Assembly: GCF_036321535.1 (NCBI RefSeq)
Contig: NC_087438.1
Coordinates: 6,884,001-6,948,000, forward strand
Direction: 5' to 3'
Length of the DNA stretch: 64,000 nt
Source: Camelus dromedarius
Taxonomy: Eukaryota
The stretch's first letter is position 1; each line of letters starts with the position of its first letter. Below, one piece after another: positions 1 through 11,056 of this stretch. Made by a program: the position numbers and the translations under genes. The notes beneath the pieces are model-generated. The model was not told the origin of the DNA. It did not search any database and saw only the letters and a list, made by a program, of their open reading frames with translations.

Positions 1-129
1 AATAAGATTAATTAAAACAAACGAAAGACATAGCAAGCCAAAATACTGATAACTGAATTGAAGGGCTCTTCAAATATTTCCCTACGTTATGTAACTTCCT
101 TTCACTTTTTCAACGTTCTTGCTAAGCGT

Positions 130-260
130 ATCTTCTATTAAAGAAGACTTCTTGGTATGTTGTGAATAGACTACCTTAAGGTAAAAGGACAAAGAAGGGC
201 TAAAAATAAAAGGATAACCTAATGTCCATGGATAAGTGCAACTAGAAGACAGCTGAGTAA
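130..260 (+). mobile_element. Very old L1 ORF2 (endonuclease region) fragment
   Basis: A-rich 'tatgttgtgaatagactaccttaaggtaaaaggacaaagaagggctaaaaataaaaggata' resembles the start of L1 ORF2 and the similar stretch at ~20055-20120. Confidence 0.35.
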
Positions 261-280
261 CAATTAACATCAGGTAAAAC

Positions 281-397
281 GGGGGGAGGGTATAGCTCAG
301 TGGTAGAGTGTGTGCCTAACATGCACGAGGTCCTGGGTTCAATCCCCAGCACTGTCATTAAACATAAATGAATAAACCTAATTACCCTCCCCCCAAA
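281..397 (+). mobile_element. tRNA-derived SINE, camelid type (Vic-1/SINE2_Vpa-like)
   Basis: GGGGGGAGGGTATAGCTCAGTGGTAGAG (A box) ... GGTTCAATCCC (B box), tail AAATGAATAAACCTAATTACCCTCCCCCCAAAA; flanking direct repeat ATCAGGTAAAA at 269-279 and 398-408 (target-site duplication, TSD). Confidence 0.9.
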
Positions 398-979
398 ATC
401 AGGTAAAAAGGAATGCCCTACTGGGACCCAAAAGAGGGGAAGAGGAAAAGAATAGAAGGGTCTGGATGGCATAAAGGAAAAACCATCCCACCAAATCACC
501 AAATCTGATTAAGGGCTGTTTTCTTTGTAGTTATAAATACAAGCACATACATGAAATTGCTGTTTTGGTAGGTCAAGAACAGTTTGATACACAGTTGGAA
601 CTGGTTTAAGCAAATGAATTAATATATAAGATGCATATGTGCCCCTTGAGAGTGAGAACTGAGCTCCTTCAAGCCAGGCCTTCTGTTATAGCTCTAAATT
701 CTTTAATTTAAAGAAGACCTTTAGGCATCAGTGTTGGTTGACTTTCCTGGCTCCCCAGCAAGTAAAACAGGCATGTAGAACATTTTAAGGGAGTGATTCC
801 TGCCTCCGGGGGGTGGGGGGTGGGGTGCCAGCACTGGCTGGCTGGTGATTCCTTTGCTGAGTGTGGAGGTTACCTGACTTCCCAGCCCCTCCCCAAATCT
901 CCACATCCATTTTCTAGGTTCCGTGCCCTGGAGCACACAGATCCCCTCTCATGTCCAGAAAGGGAACTGAGCAGAGCAC

Positions 980-1200
980 AGCCCAGTTTAAGGAGCTCAG
1001 GGTGTAGATTCAGGAGCCAGACCACTGGGTTCACATCCCAGCTGCGCTACCTCCCAGCATCTCCTCAGCATCCCAAGTCCATTCCCACCTCGGGAAGCAG
1101 AGGCACAGGACGCCCGTCTCGGAGGATTAAGGGCCCTGAGTTAGTACGAGCCAAGTGCCCAGCCCACGGAGAAATTCAGTGAACGTTAGCTATTGTTGTA
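980..1200 (+). mobile_element. MIR SINE (degenerate)
   Basis: 'ggagccagaccactgggttcacatcccagctgcgctac' and 3' end 'ttcagtgaacgttagctattgttg' match MIR ends. Confidence 0.65.
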
Positions 1201-2519
1201 ATCCTAATCTTCTGGTGGACATGTGCAATTCCAGAAAAGAAATCTGCACACACGTAGAAACAGATATAAAAATACACCCAGAGTACAGAGTTCTTTATGT
1301 GTCAGGATATGCCAGTCCTTTATGCTAATGCACACCTGTGGATAAAATGTTCACAGCACAAAAAAAAGAAACTTTAAAGATCAAACAACCGTAAAGCAAT
1401 CACAGCAAATACTTGGGTTTGTCTAGCTCCATCTCTAGACGTCCCCCAGGGACAGAGGCGGTACCTCTCCCCCACCCCGCATCATAAAGATGATGTCAAA
1501 ATTAATCTGCAGGACTGAGGGCAGTGTTGACAGCTTCATCTCTGTAAATGTTATTACTGTATTTTTTTAAACCCACAAACCTCTGCCCATCTTTCTCCAG
1601 CCAGACACTCGGAGGGCTCTTCTGGGGGAGAAGCACTTGTCGTCGATAGAAATTCAATTTGCCGCACAAGTTAAGACGCAGTAAACCTCGCTCCCCCTTG
1701 CTTTACTGCTGCTTTCCCAATCATAAAACGAACCTAATGTTTAAATGTTAGAAAGCACTTAATGTTTAATCGTTGGAGATTAAGTCTCCTTCGTGATGCC
1801 TGAGATGCCGGGCAATAGGTTACAATTTGATTGCCTGCCTGCTCCGGGGGCACTGTCGTGGCTGGAAGAAACATCTGCCCCAGCTTTCCAAGGCTCATAA
1901 CTGCCAAAGGAAATGAAACATTTCCTTTTCCAAGGCGGTTGCAAGTTTTGAGGAGCCAGCACAGGGCAGTATTTGGGCCGGTGAAGGGAGACACGTGCAT
2001 GCAGTAATTTGCGATGTTCAGGAGCCCAAGAGTCTGGGCTTCTAGCCAGAGGCCTCCCAGAGCATCCTCCCACGGTGGCCAGGAGGAGCCCCTCGGTCAC
2101 CACGCTCATGAAATGAAACAAACAGGCAGGGCCTCTTGTGAGAAAGGCCCGGACATCGCCTGTTCAGCATTCACTCCGAGTCAAACGTGGCTTAGATCCT
2201 TTCACACCAGCAGTCCACTGGCACTTGCGCCTATAGAAATGCTGTTCTTTTGTGCCTCTGAATAAGACCAGAGAACACAGGCAAGAGAAGGGAAGGAATA
2301 ATTGCTTGCTGTCACCCATTCAGGCTCTAACAGAGCCAATTTTGAAAGAAAAGAATTCAGCACCGCTTGTCGGCAGGCTGTTGACACGGTGAATGACATC
2401 ACATGGTCAGACCTCAAGCAACCAACGAGCCCTTGTGAAAGGGGAACACTGCCAAGTAAGGACCCGCGATGCCACCGGCACAGCCGTTTCCTGCTGAGTC
2501 AGGCCTCAGAAGGGGGGAA

Positions 2520-2690
2520 CCCGAGCTCCAATCCCTGCTCTGCCGCTCACGGATGCTCTGACCCTGGACAAGAACCTCTCCAAGTCAGTTTCCTCTTTGG
2601 AAAAAGAGGCTTGTGATGCCTGGCTCCCAGGGTGCCTGGGATAACTGTGTGGGAAGAGGCATCCAGGAGAAACCCAGTGAATGTTAGCTG
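2520..2690 (+). mobile_element. MIR SINE (degenerate)
   Basis: MIR core-like 'aatccctgctctgccgctcac...tgaccctggacaag...cagtttcctctttggaaaa'. Confidence 0.65.
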
Positions 2691-2807
2691 AAACTGAACC
2701 CATAATAAACTCATCATTTATTATAGAGCCCAGATAAAATCAGATTTTTTGTGTGTTATTCGGAGCTTCAGCATTAAGTAAACTCTATCATCATTAAATC
2801 CCTTTCT

Positions 2808-3024
2808 GTCTGGTTTTCCCAACCTCACACCATTGACATTTGGGCCGGAATAGTTCTGTATTGCGAAGGGCGGTCCTGTATATTGCACAGTGTACGCAGC
2901 ATCCCTGGCCTCCACCCACGAGAAGCTAGTCGTGCCCCCTCCTCAGCTGTAACGACCAAAAACTCTCTCCAGACATGGCCTCATGTCCCCTGGGGGGCAA
3001 AATTACTCCCAGTGAGAACCTCTG
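2808..3024. mobile_element. MER20 hAT-Charlie DNA transposon
   Basis: 'cattgacatttgggccggaatagttctg...agcatccctggcctccacccac...ctccagacat...tgtcccctggggggcaaaattactcccagtgagaacctctg' follows the MER20 consensus. Confidence 0.85.
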
Positions 3025-3494
3025 CTGTCTATTTTCATGGGATACTAGGAGGTCCAACTGCAAAAACTCTTCTTTGCTGCCCGTAAGCTGCCAGTTGAAC
3101 ATGCAGAGGTAACAGTGAGCAACAGAATCAGAAAGTTGCCTTTTCTTGATAGTTAATGATAACCTTTCCGTAAAATAAATAGACCAGCCACTTCTTGTGC
3201 CCTTGAACCCATACCCAGGGTCCAACCTCAGCATGCTCTGAGGGCTGAAACAAAGTCTGATCAGGAGGAAACGACCTGTACTCAAAAAGAATTGCAAGAT
3301 TTTGCACATTTTTATGGGCAGAAACCTGGGAAATGTCCATGAGATCAGAGTCCAGTGGTTTTAGGCGATGGAGCATAGACTATAACACAGGGTTGCTCCT
3401 CGTTTACCAGCCCGGTGTATTGATGAATGATTCTGGAGTTGTTAGTTTATGTAGATGGGAATGGCTCTAACCATTTACTAGTTGGGTTGTTGGT

Positions 3495-3615
3495 TGGCTG
3501 ATTGTAAGGTCCATGAGGGCAGGGCTCTTGTCTGCCATGCTCCCTGCGGTGTCCCCAGCATCAGCAGAAGCATCAGACACATAGTGGGTGCACAATAAAT
3601 TGGTGTTGAAAGAAC
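3495..3615 (+). mobile_element. L2 3' end
   Basis: 'gattgtaaggtccatgagggcagggc...cacatagtgggtgcacaataaattggtgttgaa' is the typical L2 terminus. Confidence 0.75.
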
Positions 3616-3774
3616 CATCTGCTTGCTGTTGAGTAAGACAGTTTGTCTCTGATGGTCTCCTCTTTTCCCAGTATCTTTGGGCTTCCCTGATCTGCTCACA
3701 CCACAGACCACATTAGCTATCCTAAGCCTCTCCATCAAGTCCACGGACAGAGTGCTGGGTCATCTGCCCAGGGA

Positions 3775-3910
3775 AGTAGTTTCCAAACCAGGATGAGGAT
3801 CAGAATCCATCTGGGGACCTTCTAAACAGCACAGACCCTTGGGCACAGTCCCTGAAGTTCCAGCTCTCTAGTTTGGGGCTGGGGCCCGGGAATCCATAAA
3901 AGTGGTCAGT
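3775..3910. mobile_element. MER5-like hAT-Charlie fragment
   Basis: 'atcagaatccatctggggac...ggggctggggcccgggaatc' motifs. Confidence 0.5.
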
Positions 3911-5556
3911 TTTGCATGCTCTGCTCTGCTCCACTCACACTCTGCATCCCTGCTCCATCCTTGCCCTTCCAGGGACATCAGTGGGCTCCTAGTTCTTCCC
4001 CAGAACCCACGTCTGAGAACTCAGTGTAGGAACAAGAGTCCCCAAGAGCGTGTGGGAGCACAGGAGATTGGAGAGAGGAATAGAATATTCTTCTTAAAAT
4101 GCAGCCTGAGGAAAGGGCCACCTATCGTGACAGCCGCAGCATGTCCTAGTCATTTTTTTTCACCTCAAGTATGCAAAGAAAAAGCTGCAAGCAGGACTTG
4201 TGGGTGCACCAGTTGTGCATAAATAATGTGAAGTGACACCCCGAGGTGCAGAGACTTCTGCTCTTCAGCAACTTGGGGTCATCACTGACATTAGTCTCTG
4301 ATTTTCATGCCCACAGTTCCCAAGACGGAATCAACCAGAAGTTCTGGGAGCCTTAAATGCTGAACAACACCTTTGTTCTGACAAAGCAGCTCCCCTCGGC
4401 ATCACATCATAGCAGCCCAGGGAAAAGGATACTTTGATAGGAATATTTCAGGAAGGGAGTAAGGTGCAATGGTCTCATCATGAAGGAGGCTCGTTCCCTT
4501 AAGGTCATCTTCAGAGCTGGAAGTGCTTCACGCTGAGAAAACTGACCTTCAGCGTTTTCTCTGCTATGTGTTTAAACATCAGTACTGGGCTAAAGCAGCC
4601 GTCTCAGACGCCACGAGGGGAGGGAGGGTGGGAAGCTCGGGTTTCTGACCTGGACGAGCCGGAGTTGTATGTGCCGGCTAGAGAGCGTTTATTACAGAAG
4701 ACTGTGAAAAAAACATAATGTTTCAAAGCTCACAATCTTCACTCCGGACCATTACCTAGGCAGCATCAGACAGGCCTCTGTCAGCACTGCTGTGATGGAG
4801 CCTGAGCCAACCAGGCACCAGGGGCACGAGGGCTCTGCACTCGCTTGTGGGAACCCAAGGGGACACGTGCCACACAGCTGGGTCTTAGTACCGCAGCAGA
4901 GGACAGTGGGAGCTCAGTGCACACATGCACGAAGGAAAAATAATTTAGGCTGAACTCCCAGGTTTCTGACACTGAAGCTGCCGTGTGAAAAGCAAGAGGT
5001 AAGAATTCACACCCCATATCAGCAATAAAACAACCGCCTGTTTTAGAAAACAATGAAATACACTAAAGATAAACCTTAGTCTTTTCAAAAGACAAGCCGA
5101 TCTAATACGTGATTGAAAATCTAGTCCATTACTCTTTCTTTTTCCCCCTTTAAGACAAAATAAAGACGAGAAGCTTTCAGTGAAATGATGGACCTCCTGA
5201 AATTACTACCACAACACCCCTTGACAATACCAGCCCGGGGAAGTTGTTTCTCTACACCGACACATGAGAAATTGGGCTTGAGGAGCCCAAGAGGTGCAAA
5301 ATGATTCAAAGCTCGATTACTGCTGTCAATAAAGAATGAATGCGCAAAATTCTTCACAATCTTCACCCCAGAGGTATTGAGTGTTTCACAAAAATCTACA
5401 AGAGATGGATACTTTCTGATGCACAGTGTTGTCAGAGATTGTAAAGATAAATACCTATGTAAAAAATAAATGTAGTCCATCATAGGTAATTACATATTTA
5501 AAAGTATAGTCATTATTTTTGCTTTCCAATATTTCCAATATTTGACAATTAAGTAC

Positions 5557-5786
5557 GTATATCTTGGCTATCTTAATATAGAATATTTAATGGGATATGT
5601 TATTTGTTATGACATTTCTAAGGGAAAAGGAACTTTCACCTCCTCATCACACCAAACCCAGTTCTGCTCCACATCTCAAGACTCCTGTCCTCCCAGGAAA
5701 GTTCTGAATCCAACCAGTTAGGACCAAGACTGTGGGCGGATCGTGATTACCAGCAAACAAGATGACTGCGCAGCAGAAGCCCTGGA
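5557..5786 (+). repeat. Source of a 230-bp inverted repeat (copy at 7807-8035)
   Basis: Reverse complement aligns with 7807-8035 with about 4 substitutions and one 1-bp indel (compared by eye). Confidence 0.95.
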
Positions 5787-6089
5787 CTCAGGTGGCCCTG
5801 ACTGCCCTTGTATTTCAGCTGCACCAGGTTCCTTCCTGGGGACTTGCTACCCATTCGATTCCTCACTTGACCATAAGCAACAGGGAAGGTGGGATAAACT
5901 AAGGACTGACCTGTGCAAATAGGATATTCCTCACTCTTCCAATTTTACCTGGAAAGCAGATGCCTCAAAAAAGTTTATCTCTGGCCCAGATATCTTTTCT
6001 TAGAGTCATGTTAATTCACCCAACCATCAAGTTTACATCCCCTCTTAAATGTCTTCCAAAGTTCACCATCTGCATGAACAACACCAGTA

Positions 6090-7135
6090 TTCCTCCTGGT
6101 TTTGTATTTTCCTAACTTCCTCCTCTATTTTCAGTTATGCGTTATCGTAACTGTCTGTTAGTGGTGACTTTAAAGATTACAGCATGCACCTTTGACTTTG
6201 TAAAAGGCCAGCATGAATTAAGATTTTTTTTTCCACTCTCCAAATAACATTACAAAATGTTAACTCCATTTACCTACTCAAGTCTTTTGAAAAATCACTG
6301 TCATGCATTTTAATTTTCTATATTCTACATACATTTTAGGTCCCAAAACTTTGTTATTATTTTGTACAGTCAATATCCATTTATATTTATCACTTTCTGT
6401 TGCTCTGCATTCCTTACTGCATTTTTGTTTTTTCCAGTGGGATTCTTTTTCTTTTGCATGAAGAAATCCCTTGAGAATTTTTTTAGTGACAAAATCTCTC
6501 AGATTTTATTTATCTGAAAATGCCTTTATTTCAGATGGACTTTTAAAAGAAATTTTCACAAGACGTAGAAATACAGATTGGTCTTTATTTTCTTTCAGCA
6601 CTTACTTTAAAGATATCCTTCTATAATCATCTGAATTCCGTCATATTCATCGAGAAGTCAGTTGTCTGTCTTATTTTTACCCCTGTGAGAGTAATAAGTC
6701 ATTTTCTCTCTGGATGCTTTCATAATTTTACTTTGAATTTATCAAATTGAGAATCACAGCACTGTTTGAATATGGGACTGAATGTGCTTCATCCGTCATT
6801 TTGGAATATTGCTTATGCCCCTTTCATTCTTTCTTCTTCAAAGTCAACAATTAAAATATATATAATAAGTCAAAACTATATAGTAAATATTAGTGCTTTT
6901 CATAGTAATTCATATGTTTATTGATGTGCATTCAACTTTTTGCTTTTCTGTACTTCAGCCTGGATATTTTCTACTCTCTTCAGGTTCACTAATTCTCTCT
7001 TTTGATCGGTTAAATTTGCTATTGCATTCATCTAATGAGTTTATAACTATTTATTGACTGTTTTAATTCTAGAGTTTCAAATGATTCTATTTTATGGATT
7101 TCAGTACTTGATAACACTCTCCATCTATTTCCTGG
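6090..7135 (-). mobile_element. Old L1M fragment (ORF1 region)
   Basis: T-rich; 'tttatttatctgaaaatgcctttattt', 'ttattttctttcagcactt', 'gagaagtcagttgtc', 'cttcaggttcactaattctctc' are typical of antisense L1M ORF1. Confidence 0.75.
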
Positions 7136-7144
7136 AACTTAGCA

Positions 7145-7605
7145 TGATGGGAGAGGCAGTCTCTCATGGGCCCTAAGCATCATTTTCCATTCTTGCTGGG
7201 GGTACCAAGAATGGCAAGCCCCGGCCACCCTTCACCGGGGCCATTTCTCAAGACTGTGTCTCCAGCCAGCAGCTTTGAGAAGCAGTGCAATGTCTTTCTC
7301 TAGGAAAAAGAGCAGGCCTGCTTGCTACCAGCTATAAAGCAGGATGTTCCCCAAGTTCGGTGTTCTTCGGCTGTGATGCAAACCCACTGTGCATGCAGCG
7401 CTCCTCTGAGCCGTATCACACTGCCCCAGTGGTACCTGAGAAGAAAGGAGTGAAGCAAATAAGTGGACGCCCATGCTGCTTGCTGAGCCAAGAGCAATAA
7501 AGTCCTTTCTCTGCCCCAGGAGCCTCATGTCTTTTACCAGCATCCGTAAAACAGTAACCGATTAACGTATTATCTTACAAGTAAAGTCAAATTCCAGCCC
7601 AGACA
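7145..7605 (+). mobile_element. ERVL-class solo LTR (MER54/MER73/MER74-like)
   Basis: TG start 'tgatgggagaggcagtctctcatgggccc', 'ggccatttctcaag', TATA-like CTATAAA at 7332, 'aaacccactgtgcatgcagc', AATAAA at 7496. Confidence 0.7.
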
Positions 7606-7618
7606 GTCACGCACAGAA

Positions 7619-8171
7619 ATTTTTTATTGAGGTATAAGTTGATTTATAATATTACTGTATTTTCAGGTGTGTAACCTAGTGATTCTATTTTTTTATAGAT
7701 CATACTCCATTGAAAGTTACTATAAAATAATGACTATATTCCTTGTGCTATAAAATATATCCTTGTAGCTTATTTATTTTATACATAGTACTTTGTGCCT
7801 CTTAATTCCAGGGCTTCTGCTGCACAGTCATCTTGTTTGCTGGTAATCACGATCCGCCCACAGTCTTGGTCCTAACTGGTTGGATTCAGAACTTTCCTGG
7901 GAGGACAGAAGTCTTGAGATGTGGAGCAGAACTGGGTTTGCTGTGATGAGGAGGTGAAAGTTCCTTTCCCTTAGAAATGTCATAACAAATAACATATCCC
8001 ATTAAATATTCTATATTAAGATAGCCAGGATATACATTCTTCTGTCTTGATCCTTCCCCTCTCTCTCTCCACACTGGTAACCACTAGTTTGTTCTCTATG
8101 TCTGTGAATCTGTTTCTGTTGTGTTATGTATGTTCATTTGTTTTATTTTTTGGATTCCACATAAAAGTGAG
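7619..8171 (-). mobile_element. Truncated artiodactyl/camelid L1 3'UTR, interrupted by non-L1 insert 7807-8035
   Basis: poly-T start; collinear with the L1 tail at 35441-35760 on both sides of the insert. Confidence 0.85.
7807..8035 (-). repeat. Inverted copy of 5557-5786 inserted in an L1
   Basis: About 98% identity to the reverse complement of 5557-5786. Confidence 0.95.
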
Positions 8172-8369
8172 TCCTAATTATCTATTGTTTCATATGTTCC
8201 TTCACAGGAGCCTAACAGGGAGAAGGGATAATTATCAGGGAAAGATCTGAACATTTCTAGGAGTAAAACCTCACCTCTAAAAATATCCAGGTTCTGCTAA
8301 ATTTCTTCCCACTATTCATATGCCCTCCTGAGACAACAATAATAAATAAATAAATATTACAGGGTGCAA

Positions 8370-8585
8370 ACTAAACACTAAATACTGAACACTGGGCAGA
8401 CAATTTTAGATATAGTACCTCAATTCACCCTCACATTACTTCTTTCCTAAGAAGTGGGTACTATTATCCCAAGAAATACGAGTCAGAGAAGTTAAATAAC
8501 TTGCCTGATGTCAAGCAGATGGCAAGTGACAGGGTGAGGATCTGAACAGGAGCAGAACCACCCCAGAGTCGGCTCTCAATGCTCC
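8370..8585 (-). mobile_element. MIR SINE
   Basis: 'gtgggtactattatccc...gagtcagagaagttaaataacttgcc...aagtgacagggtgaggatctgaac'. Confidence 0.75.
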
Positions 8586-8593
8586 TACCTGGT

Positions 8594-8855
8594 CAGTGCT
8601 CATTAGTAGAGGTCTAATTTATTATTCTTAATTTCTAAGAAACCAGAGATCAGTGCCTTTTTAAAGTACAATAAAAATAAATTGTTAAAAATAAATACAA
8701 TAATATAAAATGAGTCCAAATTTTTTAGATTCAGCTAACAAAACTCCTCTGTGAAGTTAATGTCTGTAAATGCTTATTCCCAGTTTCTGTACTAACCTCG
8801 CTATTGACCAGCGACAAACACTTTGCAGATCAGCACCGATCTGACTGGCACCATG
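8594..8855. mobile_element. hAT-Charlie-type DNA transposon remnant (MER119-like)
   Basis: CAGTGCT start and end motif 'gaccagcgacaaacactttgcagatcagcacc'. Confidence 0.4.
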
Positions 8856-9176
8856 GGAAACTTCTCCATTGGCTATGAATTCTGTACTCTGCATTTCCTC
8901 AGGGTCTTTGCAGTGGGTTCATTTTTCTACAAAAAAAGAATCTAGTCCAATTCTTTTCTAAGCCAGCCAGTTCTTGAGGACAGAGCCCAGATGAAACGGA
9001 GGCTGAGAAGGAAATGTCTCTTGCCAGGTGAATGTTGCCAGAGTTGAGGTCATATCTCATCAAATGTTGTCAGTGGCATCGATCAACTTCAAATGTTTTC
9101 TTCCTTATTGGACCTGAAAAGGCCCTCTGAAATCTGGGCCTAACCAACTTTTCCAAATCTATTTCCTGCTACACCC

Positions 9177-9583
9177 TGTAATGGACTGAATGTCTGTGCC
9201 TTCCTCCCCACCCACCCCCGAAGAATTCATATGTTGAAGCCTTAATCCCCAATAGGATAGTGTTGGGAGGTGGGGTCTTTGGCCGGTAATTAGGTTGAAA
9301 TGAGATCATAAAATGGGACTAATCCCTTATAATGTCCTTATAAGAAGAGGAAGAGAGACCTCTCTCTGAGTGTCCATGCACGCACACCGAGGAAAGGTCA
9401 CGTGAGCACAAAGCAAGAAGGCGGCCATCCTCAGGCCAGGAAGAGGGCCCTCAACAGGAACTGAATCTGCTGGCACCTTGATCTTGGACTTCCCAGTTTC
9501 CAGAACTGTGAGAAATAAATTTCTGCTGTTCAAACTCCCCAGTCTATGGTATTTTGTTATAGCAGCCCCAGCTGATGAAGACC
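9177..9583 (+). mobile_element. MaLR solo LTR (MLT1A-like)
   Basis: 'tgtaatggactgaatg...aattcatatgttgaagcc...gcaccttgatcttggacttccc...aataaatttctg...ggtattttgttatagcagccc'; near-TSD CACCC (9172-9176) / CGCCC (9584-9588). Confidence 0.9.
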
Positions 9584-10349
9584 CGCCCCTCAGAATCCCA
9601 GGCTCTGCTGGGCATTTTGCCGTTCCCCGCACCCAAATCGGACTTTATTATCAGCTCCACCGACTTGTGTCTGTGTCTTAGATTATTTTTCATTATTAAG
9701 CTCATATACAGACCTACATCAATCTTTAAAAACTGAAGTATGTGAAGATGCTTGGAAATGTGTAAGTGAAGTCATAACAATTGAAAAAATGGAGCATGTA
9801 AATATTATATTCTCCATGAATGTCACCACATTAAAGTATATGATAAAAATAAATAAAAGTCAAAATAAACTGTCATTAGATATTTATAGTAAAAGACTTT
9901 TTACATTTTACATGAAATCATGTTTTCCCCCCACTGTTAAATGTATAATAAAATATTTAGAATTCACAATAATAAATGTTATTCATTGCAGTGGCTAGTA
10001 TCAAAAGTTACCTAGGGCTGAATTAACCCCAGAGCCCATGCTTGTCACCAGCAGTTACACATTACATCAGTTTTCTTCCTGGAGGCCCAATGTTCCCCCA
10101 AAATAAGTCCACTGACCTCACTTCTTTTTTCTGTTGCTACCCAGTCTGCCTCTCAGAATAGAAAGTCCTAAACCAAATCCAGTAGAAAGATGTGGTCTTT
10201 CCCCATGATTGCTGGTTCTACACAAACATGGGGTTTTTTTCTCCCTTTTTTTGACTCTTTACTACTGTTTCTTACAGGGAACAAATGGTGAATTTAGAAA
10301 AGTTTTTTAAAATTCAAAATATTCTCTTAGTGGTTATTTCTGGCCCATA

Positions 10350-10555
10350 TTCTGGTGCAAGAAAGCTGGCTCGCACCAGCTCCGGAGAGTCACTTCCATG
10401 TGTTTCTTCTCAACTTCACATCCAGTAACTCCAGGTTGATAGTTTGAAGTCAGTTGCCCTGGGAGTATTTACATCGTGGATGTGCACAACTGCCACATAA
10501 GGACTCCGCGCCCCTCACCCCAGGGAGCCCACTGGTGGCCATTTACCAGCTGGTC
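10350..10555. mobile_element. MER63-like hAT-Blackjack DNA transposon
   Basis: 'gctggctcgcaccagctccggagagtc...tcttctcaacttc...gggagtatttacatc...catttaccagc'. Confidence 0.7.
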
Positions 10556-10699
10556 AGCATCTGCACTGAAATATAAGTGGGGCTGGGTCAGCTGACTTGA
10601 ATCAGTCAGCAAGCTAAATTCTTCCTCCGTTGTTTGCTAAGAAATAACCACCTTCGATGAATCCCATCCATTTCTTTTCCTCAACACTCCATGGCATTG

Positions 10700-10890
10700 A
10701 ATTTGTACCCCTCACAGAGCCTTGATCCCCTAGTGCCTTGTACTGGGTGTAATTGGTACAGTATTTGTCTGGCCGTTTCATATGTGCTCTCAGATAAAAA
10801 GCTCAGCTCATTCTGCTTTATCGCCCCCACAGAACCTCGGCTTGTGCTTTGCAAGTGGTGAACATTTAATAATATTGGTTGAATAAATTA
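10700..10890 (+). mobile_element. L2 3' end (degenerate)
   Basis: ends 'gtggtgaacatttaataatattggttgaataaat'. Confidence 0.55.
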
Positions 10891-11013
10891 GTTGCAAGTG
10901 AAATTAGTTTCTGTGTAAGCTCCTAATTGGAGGCAGAAGAAATGTTGGTGCTCTCCAGGGATAAGACAGTCCTTCAGAGTGTGTTAGTTGTCAAATTTGA
11001 AAAAGATGCAAGT

Positions 11014-11056
11014 CACCAAGTCTGGTGCATTAATGCACCAAGTCTGGTGCATTAAT
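11014..11056. repeat. 22-bp tandem duplication containing an 18-bp perfect palindrome
   Basis: CACCAAGTCTGGTGCATTAAT at 11014 and 11036; TGGTGCATTAATGCACCA at 11023-11040 is self-complementary. Confidence 0.95.

Noticed and set aside
281..355. A tRNA gene
   Set aside because: The tRNA-like head runs into a SINE tail, is flanked by a TSD and lacks a properly pairing acceptor stem.
808..826. G-quadruplex motif GGGGGGTGGGGGGTGGGG
   Set aside because: Only three separated G-runs, with no promoter context; a common low-complexity string.
5121..5483. 120-aa minus-strand ORF in non-repeat DNA
   Set aside because: No recognisable homology and no convincing splice donor; the length is compatible with chance.
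9670..10020. AT-rich block that might be a DNA-transposon remnant
   Set aside because: No diagnostic termini recognised; cannot be supported without an HMM search.
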